Assembly: GCA_001782825.1 (NCBI GenBank)
Contig: MFPS01000007.1
Coordinates: forward strand, 84,487 to 148,486
DNA from: Candidatus Magasanikbacteria bacterium RIFCSPHIGHO2_01_FULL_33_34
GTDB lineage: Bacteria > Patescibacteriota > Patescibacteriia > Magasanikbacterales > UBA922
Direction of reading: 5' to 3'
DNA: 64,000 nt
The position numbers were made by a program, and so were the translations under genes. Positions 47,148 through 56,809 of this stretch are shown piece after piece; the stretch's first letter is position 1, and every line of letters begins with the position of its first letter. The notes beneath the pieces were generated by a model. The model was not told where the DNA came from. It did no database searches and was given only the letters and a program-made list of their open reading frames with translations.

Positions 47148-48329
47148 ATGAAAAAAAATAAACTAAAACTTCTCTATCTTATCACCCAAGGACATTGGGG
47201 TGGAGCCCAAAAATATGTATTTGATTTAGCTACAGCGCTAACTGATGAATATGATATTACAGTAGCTGTTGGAGAACCAAATAATCTACCTGATTTACAA
47301 AAAAAATTATTAACCAACCAAAAAATCAAACTAGTTCAACTTAATTTTTTGCAAAGATCTATTTCTCCTATAAAAGACTTTTTGGCTCTACTTGAAATCA
47401 ATAATCTATATCGCAAAATCAAACCAGATATTGTCCACCTCAATAGTACCAAAGCCGGCATTCTCGGCTCATTTGCTTGTCAAATGTCAAATGTCAAATG
47501 TCAAATGTTGGTATATACTGTCCATGGCTGGGTTTTTAATGAACCTATGAACAAATTTAAAAAATACATATATAAAATAATGGAAGGTATAAGTTCACGA
47601 CGCAAAGATAAGATTATTGTATTATCTGACAATGAAAAAGAAACAGGTATAAATTTATTGAATATCAAAAAAGATAAATTTGTAATAATTCCAGTCGGTA
47701 TTGAATCTAACATAACTACCCTAAACAGAGTGAACGCTATAAACAAAATAAATAATACTTTCAAAAAAAATATACTAAAGCAAGATGATTATATAATTGG
47801 CACAATTGCAAACTTCTATCCTACAAAAAATTTAAGTAGTCTAATAGAAGCAATCAATATTGTTAAAAACAAATTAAACAATTTTCATAGTATAATCATT
47901 GGCGAAGGAGAAGAAAGAGTACATCTGGAATTTTTGATAAAAAAATATAATCTTGAAAACAATATACATTTAACCGGTTTTATTGATAATGCTCAAAACC
48001 TCCTAAAAGCATTCAATGTATTTGTGTTACCTTCCAAAAAAGAAGGTATACCTTATACCATAATAGAAGCCAGAATAAATAATATCCCAATCATAGCCAC
48101 CAATGTTGGTTCTATATACAAAATAATTGACAATATGAAAACTGGCATACTTCTGGAACCAGAAAATACTCAAAAACTTGCCGAGGCATTGATTTATGCC
48201 TATGAAAATCAAAAAGAAATGATCGCAATGGCAAATGCATCCAAAGAACAAAATCTACCAGAATATCTCAAAAACACCATGATTATAGAAACAGCCAATA
48301 TATACAAAAATTTTACCAATAAATCCTAG
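47148..48329 (+). CDS. GT4 (GT-B) glycosyltransferase containing an in-frame heptanucleotide tandem repeat
   Basis: 393 aa; C-terminal PSKKEGIPYTIIEARINNIPIIATNVGS; (GTCAAAT)x4 at 47479-47506 encodes CQMSNVKCQM. Confidence 0.65.
   Translation: MKKNKLKLLYLITQGHWGGAQKYVFDLATALTDEYDITVAVGEPNNLPDLQKKLLTNQKIKLVQLNFLQRSISPIKDFLALLEINNLYRKIKPDIVHLNSTKAGILGSFACQMSNVKCQMLVYTVHGWVFNEPMNKFKKYIYKIMEGISSRRKDKIIVLSDNEKETGINLLNIKKDKFVIIPVGIESNITTLNRVNAINKINNTFKKNILKQDDYIIGTIANFYPTKNLSSLIEAINIVKNKLNNFHSIIIGEGEERVHLEFLIKKYNLENNIHLTGFIDNAQNLLKAFNVFVLPSKKEGIPYTIIEARINNIPIIATNVGSIYKIIDNMKTGILLEPENTQKLAEALIYAYENQKEMIAMANASKEQNLPEYLKNTMIIETANIYKNFTNKS
47479..47506 (+). repeat. (GTCAAAT)x4 heptanucleotide tandem repeat inside a GT4 coding sequence (candidate slipped-strand phase-variation tract)
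   Basis: Four perfect 7-bp units plus a partial GT. The unit length is not a multiple of 3, so a +/-1 unit change shifts the frame. Confidence 0.7.
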
Positions 48330-49765
48330 AATTTTTGCAACACTATATATCTATCATCAATTATTGTCATTTTGTATAATCCAGAATTAATTCTAGAATC
48401 AAAATATTGTTGAAATTGCTGATCAGAACTAAATCCTAACTTATCAAATCTATCAATTATTACTATATCTACATAAAAATCTTCATAACCTATCATTTTA
48501 ATATATTCTCTATGTGATAAATAAGGTAATAAATTTGTATAAGTCGCCACAGACACATCATCCGGTATTTGTTTCACTATTTCTCTAAATGTTTCAGCTC
48601 GCAAATTTTTTTGAAATAAATAAATAGGAAATTTTTTTGGACCAACAAAAGAGAAAAAAGAAAAAGATAATATTGAAAAAATAATTATTGAATAAAAAAT
48701 AATCTTTTCTTTTTTAATTTTATTAAACAAAAACAAAACTCCATATACAGTCGAAATATACAAACCTGGTAAAATTACCGCATCATATTGAAACAGACCT
48801 GAAAATTGAGGTTCATAGTTCGTTAAAATATTCTCTAATACTCCTGGCAATACCAAAAATATAGAGGAAATTGATAATAACGGCAATAATACTACAGGTA
48901 AAAGCAAAAATAAAATATATTTTAATTTTACTATTGTAAAAATAGTTGAAAAAAACGACAACGGATTAGCTACAATATTTCTAATAATACCAACAAAATC
49001 AGCCCCTAAATGACCATACCTATCCAGACGCAATAGCCCTCCACCAAAATAAGGCATAAGAAATTGTATTGAAATTATAAAATATAATAAAAGAAAAATA
49101 AAAAGAATAGCTATACTCTTTGCTTGTTTATTGATCTTTATTCGTATTTTCTTATTTTCAATTCTAAAAATTGACTGGATTAGCCAAAATAAAACAATTG
49201 ATACACAAATCAAAACTGAATCTTCCTTTGTCGATGCTGACAATAATATAAAAATCCAAGCCAAAAATAATCTTTTCTTTTCAAAAAAATAAAATGCTGA
49301 AAATACAAAAGGAATAAAAAAAGCCACTGGATGAAAATCAAACAAATTTATACTATGAAGTGATGGATGTAAAAGATAAGATAATATAATAACTTTTACC
49401 AAACGATCATTATTCAACTTTTCTTTGGCAAAGAAATACAAAGGAATTGCCCCCAAACCAAGCGCCAATGTCTGGATTATTATTAAAAAATAAGGACTTT
49501 GAAAAAAAACATAAAACGGAATCAATAAAAATAAAAAAGGGCTCATATGAACACCCAAATGATTTGGTATTTCTTCCAAGCTATTTTGCATCACCCTACT
49601 ATTGACAGTGTTCCACATCGTTTGCTCAAATATACCCATATCCCAAGCCTGAGTTTGAAATTGATAATGACGCAAAATTGATACAGTTCCCAAAATTATT
49701 AAATACAACAAAATTACAATAGACAAAAATTTGTATTGAAAAATTTTTTTTAAAAAATCAGCCAT
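48326..49765 (-). CDS. DUF2079-like polytopic membrane protein (putative GT-C-like glycan polymerase/transferase)
   Basis: N-terminus ...RHYQFQTQAWDMGIFEQTMWN...HLGVHMSPFLFLLIPFY resembles DUF2079 as recalled. 479 aa, many TM helices. Confidence 0.45.
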   Translation of the reverse strand: MADFLKKIFQYKFLSIVILLYLIILGTVSILRHYQFQTQAWDMGIFEQTMWNTVNSRVMQNSLEEIPNHLGVHMSPFLFLLIPFYVFFQSPYFLIIIQTLALGLGAIPLYFFAKEKLNNDRLVKVIILSYLLHPSLHSINLFDFHPVAFFIPFVFSAFYFFEKKRLFLAWIFILLSASTKEDSVLICVSIVLFWLIQSIFRIENKKIRIKINKQAKSIAILFIFLLLYFIISIQFLMPYFGGGLLRLDRYGHLGADFVGIIRNIVANPLSFFSTIFTIVKLKYILFLLLPVVLLPLLSISSIFLVLPGVLENILTNYEPQFSGLFQYDAVILPGLYISTVYGVLFLFNKIKKEKIIFYSIIIFSILSFSFFSFVGPKKFPIYLFQKNLRAETFREIVKQIPDDVSVATYTNLLPYLSHREYIKMIGYEDFYVDIVIIDRFDKLGFSSDQQFQQYFDSRINSGLYKMTIIDDRYIVLQKF

Positions 49766-49772
49766 ATAAAAA

Positions 49773-51833
49773 CTACTCTACCAAGTCACCCTCGGCTTTA
49801 TTTTTTTCTGATTTGTATTTATTTAATATACTTTCAATCACTGGCTCACCCTCACCACCAAAATTAATGCCTTTTTCAGTGGCTTCATTTATTGTCGATA
49901 TTGCATCATCCATAGTCCTAAATACACTCTGCAAAAGAGCCAAGCGCCACCAACTTTCACCAATCGTTTCATCATCTTTTATGGCTCGCCTATACAATGC
50001 CTCTGCTTCATCAACTTTATCCAATTGAATCTTGATTCCAGCCAAGGTATAAATAAACTGCTGTCTTTTTGGAGACTTTTCTAAACCATCTTCCATAATC
50101 TTTTCTGCCTCAAGCAATAAGCCTTTATTTCCTGAAAGCGTAGCTGCTTCTTGGATTAACAAAGCTTGTTGAGAATGAATACGCAAATCCAATGGATGCA
50201 ATTTTCTATTCTTTTCTAATTCTTCAATAGATAATTGAAATAAAGCTTGAGCCAATTCTGGTTTCCCCGCTTGTACATATCCACGCAAAGATGAACTTAT
50301 AGTTCTGGTAACATCATTGCGAATATCATCAATATGCGGAGTTGGAATACTAACAGCTTTTTCATAAAGTGGTCTTATATCCTCCATACCATAAATCCCT
50401 CTCAAAACTATTAAAGTTGCCATATTGGCCCGAGCTGGATTTAAATTGGTTGCATAAATAAATAAAACCATAGTCAAAATAGAAACAACTGCAACTGGAA
50501 TAGAAATATTTTTATTTTTTGCATCTGCTATATTCTCAATGTCTTTATTCTTTATTCCCAAGATCTGACTATTTATCATCGCCAAAAAGAAAAAGAAATA
50601 TAAATAAGAAGTAGGGTTGTCAAATACTGATACAGTCTGCGCTAAATGGGCTATCAAAAAAGCCGAAGTTACAGCCAAAAGATGTATATCAAATCCATCT
50701 GAATTTTTTCTATATAATTTCCATATATAAAAAATAGCAACAAAAAATATTCCCAAATAAATTATAACACCAACAATCCCCCGTTCTGTCAAAGTATTAA
50801 GAACAATATTGTGAGCATTGTCAAACCAGGTTTCACGATAACTAAAATGTAAAAATTCTGCTTTATAATATTGATTAAAAGCAAAATAATAATTGCTAGG
50901 GCCCCAACCAAAAATTGGATAATCTTTCCAACCTTCAATCGCTATTTGCCAAGCCATAAACCTAGTCCCAAGAGTGCTATTTGAAGTATTCAATAATCTG
51001 CCAACAGTGGGAATACTCTTGATAAAACTAGTCTGTCTAAAACTAAATACAATACCAAAAAAAACTATTAAAAATACAGTCAACAATAATAAAAGTTTTC
51101 TAATCTTTGTATGTTTTTTGAGAGTAATAATATATGAAATAATCAAAATACCAATACCCACTATAAACGCTAATAAAGCTCCTCTGGAACCACTAAAAAA
51201 TATACCCAAAAAACCCAAAAAACCAACAATGCCCACAAATAACTTCCACCCCAACGACTTCTCTTTCATCAACATAAGCCAGCCCATAAAAGCCAAAAAT
51301 AATCCATAACCACCAACATAAATCGGATTGCCAAGTGTAGAGGCTGATCTATTTCCACTAGTATTTAATAAAAACTCCTGATCAAATTGTTGAATTAAAG
51401 CAATCCCCATCACAATCCCTCCAGCCAACAAAAAAGTTCTTAGCAACCATTGCCAATCGTCCCAATTGCGTACTACCGATGTAACCATCAAATAATACAA
51501 AACATAATGAGCTACAGTAAAAAATCCCAACATCCTTTCATGATTATCCCAAAAACTTCTGTACCAATCTAACCCAACAAAGGTTGAGATACCAAAACTA
51601 ATCAAAAATAACAAAATAACTATATTTAAAGGAGAATTTCGTATAATATATTTTTTCCAATCACTAGCCAAAAGAATAATATACAAGGCAAGAAGTACAA
51701 GAGTAAGCGATCTGAATATCACAATCTTTGGAACAATAAACGGAAAAATAAAATTTGTCGGAAAAAAAGCCAATGGTACAAAAAAAGTTAATCCAACCAC
51801 AATTTTAAATAATAATTCAATTCTTTTTTGCAT
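49773..51833 (-). CDS. O-antigen ligase/polymerase (Wzy_C) domain membrane protein fused to C-terminal TPR repeats
   Basis: FSGSRGALLAFIVGIGILI Wzy_C-type loop; about 12 TM helices; C-terminal ~250 aa TPR-like (AEALYRRAI..., AQALFQLSIEELEK...). Confidence 0.55.
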   Translation of the reverse strand: MQKRIELLFKIVVGLTFFVPLAFFPTNFIFPFIVPKIVIFRSLTLVLLALYIILLASDWKKYIIRNSPLNIVILLFLISFGISTFVGLDWYRSFWDNHERMLGFFTVAHYVLYYLMVTSVVRNWDDWQWLLRTFLLAGGIVMGIALIQQFDQEFLLNTSGNRSASTLGNPIYVGGYGLFLAFMGWLMLMKEKSLGWKLFVGIVGFLGFLGIFFSGSRGALLAFIVGIGILIISYIITLKKHTKIRKLLLLLTVFLIVFFGIVFSFRQTSFIKSIPTVGRLLNTSNSTLGTRFMAWQIAIEGWKDYPIFGWGPSNYYFAFNQYYKAEFLHFSYRETWFDNAHNIVLNTLTERGIVGVIIYLGIFFVAIFYIWKLYRKNSDGFDIHLLAVTSAFLIAHLAQTVSVFDNPTSYLYFFFFLAMINSQILGIKNKDIENIADAKNKNISIPVAVVSILTMVLFIYATNLNPARANMATLIVLRGIYGMEDIRPLYEKAVSIPTPHIDDIRNDVTRTISSSLRGYVQAGKPELAQALFQLSIEELEKNRKLHPLDLRIHSQQALLIQEAATLSGNKGLLLEAEKIMEDGLEKSPKRQQFIYTLAGIKIQLDKVDEAEALYRRAIKDDETIGESWWRLALLQSVFRTMDDAISTINEATEKGINFGGEGEPVIESILNKYKSEKNKAEGDLVE

Positions 51834-51840
51834 ACGAAAT

Positions 51841-51960
51841 ATTTAAACATTAAAACATATAAACATACAAACATATAAACATTTTACAAATCTTAAAATA
51901 CTCTACTAAAAATGTTTAAATGCTTATATGTTTGTATGTTTATATCTTAATCTATTGTGT
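51841..51960. repeat. TAAACAT-unit inverted-repeat array X (about 30-bp arms)
   Basis: Left arm ATATAAACATACAAACATATAAACATTTT; right arm AAAATGTTTAAATGCTTATATGTTTGTATGTTTATAT. Related arrays occur at 52611-52670 and 58795-58925. Confidence 0.5.
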
Positions 51961-52614
51961 AGTAGCTGAGTCTGGGTAAAGTTGATTAATTTTATTCTGT
52001 ACTTCTTGAGATTTTTCTGGATTATTACGATTATAAAATAATAATAATCTATTCAAAATATCAAAATTATTATTGGTTGTCGCCAAACCATTTAAATATG
52101 TTTGTTCTGCAGATGCCATATCTTGTAATTGAAATTCTTCAACCAAAGCAAGAGAAATATATAAGTCTGGATCTCCTGGAGATAACTCTATAGCCAATCT
52201 ATAATATTCTTTAGCAGATTTATAATCTTTTAGATTATTTTTATAAACTTCAGCAATATTTCTATAACCCAAAATATTATTATTCTGTAATATTATTGAT
52301 TGCCTAAAAGCCTCTACCGCCCCCTCATAATCTTCTAAAACAGTTTTAAGATTGCCAATAGCAATCCAAGTCTCCCAAATATCTGGACTCTCCAGATACA
52401 TTGCTTTAGTCTCATCAATTTTTACTTGTATTACCGCTCTGGTTGCCTCATCTTTTCCTTCTGGTATAGAAATATTCTCAAACGGATCAATCACTTTGTC
52501 AACCATTGCGCTATTATCTGTAATTTTTGCTTCTTTGTTATAAATATAATATCCAACCGCACCAATTAAAATGGCAATTATTATTATATATAATAGTATT
52601 TTTTTATTTTTCAT
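51952..52614 (-). CDS. TPR-repeat protein with N-terminal TM anchor
   Basis: 220 aa; LLYIIIIAILIGAVGYYIY TM; TPR-like helices (AVEAFRQSIILQNN, AKEYYRLAIELSPGD). Confidence 0.5.
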   Translation of the reverse strand: MKNKKILLYIIIIAILIGAVGYYIYNKEAKITDNSAMVDKVIDPFENISIPEGKDEATRAVIQVKIDETKAMYLESPDIWETWIAIGNLKTVLEDYEGAVEAFRQSIILQNNNILGYRNIAEVYKNNLKDYKSAKEYYRLAIELSPGDPDLYISLALVEEFQLQDMASAEQTYLNGLATTNNNFDILNRLLLFYNRNNPEKSQEVQNKINQLYPDSATTQ

Positions 52615-52670
52615 AATGTTTATATATTTTAATGTTTATATGTTTATGTATTTCATATTTTAACATAAAT

Positions 52671-52715
52671 ACAAAAAAAAACAATCCCCTGGCTTGCGCC
52701 AGAGGAATTGTTTTT
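52671..52715. terminator. Intrinsic terminator downstream of the 1251-aa gene (hairpin flanked by A9 and T6)
   Basis: AAAAAAAAA-CAATCCCCTGGCTTGCGCCAGAGGAATTG-TTTTTT. Confidence 0.5.
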
Positions 52716-52759
52716 TCGTCCTAACCTTAGGACCACCGATGTATATGCTAACTAATAAA

Positions 52760-55700
52760 TTAGAGAGCAACTACAGTAGGTGTGGTTGAAGCTGAGCCTA
52801 AACCAGAAATCAAGAATCCATTTGTCCAGTCATTTGTAGTCGTAGCATGTGCGCTAAGATGTCTATCTGACCAGATAAAGTCATCATGTGTTTCACCGTC
52901 AACATTAGTTGCTTTTTCCATCAACAATGCAGGTGTACCACCTTCAGCAACAGAAGCGTCGCCACCCAATCTAGTGGAAACTGAAGCGCCTGATGCAGCA
53001 CCAGTTACAGTACCACGAAGAACATAAGTTCTAGGTGTACCTAGAGCAACTGTTCTAGCTTCACCACCTTGACCTGTACCACTTGAATCTGTATCAAATA
53101 GAGCTTCAAAGTATCCATTTGCATAAGCTGTTGTTGCAGAACTATACAATGACACTTCTGTCTCATCTGTTACATCTAATACTTCAACATTAGTTACAGT
53201 TGCAGTTGTAGTTGTCATATCAAATACAAATTTGTATAGATCAATATCGCTAGTATTAGCGGTTACTTTGAATTTATACAAATCAACTGAACCGTTAGAC
53301 AATGTTCCACCGACTGTAAGTTTTGTTACAGTTGGAACACCTCTATACATGTAGTTAGTATTTCCAGTTGGAGCAGTTGTACCAAGATACTCTACCGCAC
53401 CGCTTCCAGTTTGAGCACCTTTAGCAGTCATATCTCCAGCAGCAGTAATCTTGAAACCAAGTCTATGTCCGCCAACTGTTACATTTTGTGATGAACCAAT
53501 ATTACTCAAATTAGCTTTCAAGTACATTTTTTGTCCATCAACATCATCTTTGTTAACTACAAAGGCACCTGAGCTGAATTCTATTACTGGAGTAGTTGAA
53601 GTTGGAACAACTGAACCAACGACTACACCAGCTTCATTTTCAAGATACAACAAGTTGTAATCTAGGTAAGATGAAGATGCAGTGGCTGTAACGACTTGAG
53701 TGAATTTAACTCTCTCCATTTCTACATTTTCTGTAGTAGTAGCCAAGAAGTTAAATACAGCAAGAGTTGCGCCTTGAGTACCAGCAGCAAATAATTTTGC
53801 AGTTGGGTTTGAACTGTCAAGAGATGCTTGAACAACACCACCAGCAGTTCCCACTGTCATTGAATTTCCAGAAGCAGTATCAATTGATTCAGTTACAGTG
53901 TTGTTTGTACTAACACCAATAGCTGTTACAAAGTTTGATGTACTTACAGCCATATTGTGAGTTCCAGCTGTAGCGCCACCTGAGATGTCACCACGAACTT
54001 CTACTACCAATGATTTGCCTTTAGCAACTGTAAATTGGTCAGCACTGGAAAGATTGAAGGTATAATCTTCAGATCCACCGGTTGTACCTGTACCAGCGTT
54101 TACAACTGATAATTGTTCAAGTGTACCACTACTATTGAATGAATCACCATCTTTGTCTACCCATAGAGTAACATTTTGAATGTGATTAGTTGCAACATTA
54201 GCTGCATGTCTAACTTTGAACTGAGTAACTTTCAACGCTTCAGAAGATCCGGTAGCATCTAATTGTACTTTAGCAAAGGTTATACCACTTGTTCCAGGAG
54301 CAAATGTTTGTGCTGCAGGAGTAGATAATGTGGTTATACGCAATGCTGCTGTAGTAATAGTTCTTGCATTAGCTGCCACAGTACCTGAACCTGGATATAC
54401 TTCCTGTGTACTACCAGAAAGTTCATAGTCATCCCCACTATCAACACCTTTAGCAACAAAATTGTCAGCTTTTTGGTCAATAGCTACAGTAATAATATCA
54501 CCATTTGCTGGTGTTGAATCAATATTACCTTTCAAAGTAAGAATATTGTCTCCGACTGGAAGAGTCATTGTGTCAGTTGAAGTAGCATATCCTGGACTGG
54601 CAGCGCCAACTCCATCTACTCCACTTATCAATGCTTTGCCAGCTGAATCATACAATGTCAAAGCATCAAAAGCGGTTGGTACTGCTGTACCGGTACCGGT
54701 AACAGTAAGCTTGAACACTATAGTTGAAACATCAACTGCTTCACCAGTAACTCTGAAATTCCATGAACCAAGTTCTACACCATTGGCCGCTTCTGGCACA
54801 TTACCAGCTGGGACATTGTTTACTTTTGTAATATTCAATGTTCCAGGACCAACCTGAACAATGTTTGACATATCTGAAGCACTGTTTGTAGGCAATCTGT
54901 AAACATTGGTATTTAGTTCTCTAACAAGAACATGTGATGCTCTTTTAACATCCAAGTCCATGTTACGGGTTGTACCGTTAAGTACATCACCATAAACTCC
55001 ATACTGTTTGTTATTACCTTTTACTATTTTACAATCATCACCACAGCTTGTCAGATCAAAGCTAACGTATTTTCCATCCCATACACCATCAGCAATTTTA
55101 TTGCTATTGTATGTAAGGTGAATATTAGCAAAATCAGAAGCTGAAGCTGTACCTCTGTTATAAAGAGTAATTCTCTCTACTCTTCCATCTTGAGTAGCAG
55201 TAGAGATTTGTAAGTTAGCAAGATTTACTCCTGTTTCACCGACTCTCTTTGTTACTGTTCCAACTGAAGCGCCCTGAGTTACAGTGGAAGTTCCCAAAGT
55301 AATACTAGCATTCAAGCTAACTGGATTTCCATGTAATGGAAGAGAACCGACTACTGTTGAGGCTGTCTCAACTGAGTAAACCGCCAATGTTGGCACGTTA
55401 CCACCTGTTACAGTACCCATATCGCCAACAAGAGTATATGTTTTTGTTACTCCTGATGGGATTGTTAGATCTTCAGAAAAAGATACTAAGTGATCAGAGT
55501 TAAGTGTTTTACCAGCTTCATTCAATAAATTTCCATCTGGTTTAACAACATTAATTGTACTAAAATCACCATCAACTCCTACTCCACCACGAAGCACTTT
55601 CAATGTTTTGATTACTACATCACCGCCTGTGGCTGTGAAGTTAACCTTTGTGAAAGCTAAACGTGATTGATTGGAATAACCATAAGTTCCAGATGGAGTG

Positions 55701-56515
55701 TCAGAAGCCAAAGCTACTGTCAAAGTTCCAACTGTTCCAGTACCTGTTCCTGTTCCTGTTCCAGTACCAGTTCCTGTTCCAACTCCGCCTGCTCCTTGTG
55801 TAGGATCAGCGTAAAGACTAGCAGATGTTACACTACCAGAACCTTCAGATACAGAATCTAATACAGCTTGTGATACAACTTGTACGTCAGCCATATTGCG
55901 AACAGAACCGTCAACCATATAACGCATACCATCCATTACCTTATAAGTAGTACCGCCAGCAACTTTTACTAGCATACCATTATGAGGTACGGCTTCTGTA
56001 AGCTCAGCACCAGAAGTTGAGTAGTTTGGCCAGAAAACATCAGCGATGTCTACTACCTTACTAGCCCAGTTACTTCCATATAGAGCTGAAGCTACAGCTT
56101 CGCTACCAACTTTGGCAAGAACATTGCCAGGTTGAACAGCGTATACACTTGGTGAGATTTGAACCTTAACTAACATTGAGCCAGGTCTGTAGTTAACACC
56201 AAATGGGGCACTTGATGGTGCAGGGTATGCATCCACACAAGTGGTTGGGATTTCAACAACCCCAGAAAAATCACTGAACCATGTTTTGTACACAGTTGAG
56301 TGTGGGAAATACAAACGTTCCATGTTGCCATTTAGCAAGTACACTGCACTATTACCAGGCACCTTGAAAAGGTCTCCAGCTTCTAGTGTAGGACAAGCTG
56401 CTTGTGCATTTGCAACCACTGGTACAAGAGCAGCAACGCCCATGCTCCAAAGGATTGTAAGCACAACTACTGACCATGTAAATGTTTTCTTTCCTAATCT
56501 TATTACATTCGTCAT
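52760..56515 (-). CDS. Giant secreted cell-surface protein (1251 aa), Thr/Gly/Val/Ser-rich, with a (GT)n run and N-terminal ~45-aa repeats; putative S-layer or adhesin-like glycoprotein
   Basis: Signal peptide MTNVIRLGKKTFTWSVVVLTILWSMGVAALVPVVANAQA; GVGTGTGTGTGTGTGTGTVG; about 18% Thr; three N-terminal repeats of the type also found in the 44477 protein. Confidence 0.55.
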   Translation of the reverse strand: MTNVIRLGKKTFTWSVVVLTILWSMGVAALVPVVANAQAACPTLEAGDLFKVPGNSAVYLLNGNMERLYFPHSTVYKTWFSDFSGVVEIPTTCVDAYPAPSSAPFGVNYRPGSMLVKVQISPSVYAVQPGNVLAKVGSEAVASALYGSNWASKVVDIADVFWPNYSTSGAELTEAVPHNGMLVKVAGGTTYKVMDGMRYMVDGSVRNMADVQVVSQAVLDSVSEGSGSVTSASLYADPTQGAGGVGTGTGTGTGTGTGTGTVGTLTVALASDTPSGTYGYSNQSRLAFTKVNFTATGGDVVIKTLKVLRGGVGVDGDFSTINVVKPDGNLLNEAGKTLNSDHLVSFSEDLTIPSGVTKTYTLVGDMGTVTGGNVPTLAVYSVETASTVVGSLPLHGNPVSLNASITLGTSTVTQGASVGTVTKRVGETGVNLANLQISTATQDGRVERITLYNRGTASASDFANIHLTYNSNKIADGVWDGKYVSFDLTSCGDDCKIVKGNNKQYGVYGDVLNGTTRNMDLDVKRASHVLVRELNTNVYRLPTNSASDMSNIVQVGPGTLNITKVNNVPAGNVPEAANGVELGSWNFRVTGEAVDVSTIVFKLTVTGTGTAVPTAFDALTLYDSAGKALISGVDGVGAASPGYATSTDTMTLPVGDNILTLKGNIDSTPANGDIITVAIDQKADNFVAKGVDSGDDYELSGSTQEVYPGSGTVAANARTITTAALRITTLSTPAAQTFAPGTSGITFAKVQLDATGSSEALKVTQFKVRHAANVATNHIQNVTLWVDKDGDSFNSSGTLEQLSVVNAGTGTTGGSEDYTFNLSSADQFTVAKGKSLVVEVRGDISGGATAGTHNMAVSTSNFVTAIGVSTNNTVTESIDTASGNSMTVGTAGGVVQASLDSSNPTAKLFAAGTQGATLAVFNFLATTTENVEMERVKFTQVVTATASSSYLDYNLLYLENEAGVVVGSVVPTSTTPVIEFSSGAFVVNKDDVDGQKMYLKANLSNIGSSQNVTVGGHRLGFKITAAGDMTAKGAQTGSGAVEYLGTTAPTGNTNYMYRGVPTVTKLTVGGTLSNGSVDLYKFKVTANTSDIDLYKFVFDMTTTTATVTNVEVLDVTDETEVSLYSSATTAYANGYFEALFDTDSSGTGQGGEARTVALGTPRTYVLRGTVTGAASGASVSTRLGGDASVAEGGTPALLMEKATNVDGETHDDFIWSDRHLSAHATTTNDWTNGFLISGLGSASTTPTVVAL

Positions 56516-56809
56516 AAATTATTTATTCGCCTTATCCAGAACGCAAGCTTACCTTAAAGGTAGCCGTCTCCAGACTAAGACATATTTTTACAGAGCACAT
56601 AATGACCCTATATTGGACCTCGACCTTTGTTATATGCGATTTATACGGTTTGCCCTCCTTGACAAATGCCAAGGATCACATACTGTATGGCACAAGTTTG
56701 TCCATAATTTTGAACAAACCTAGCTATACAGTCCCCGTATACACCGAATTAAATTAAAATTTAATTAGTTAATTAATTGATTCTCATCAGCCTGATTAGT
56801 CTTTTTTAT

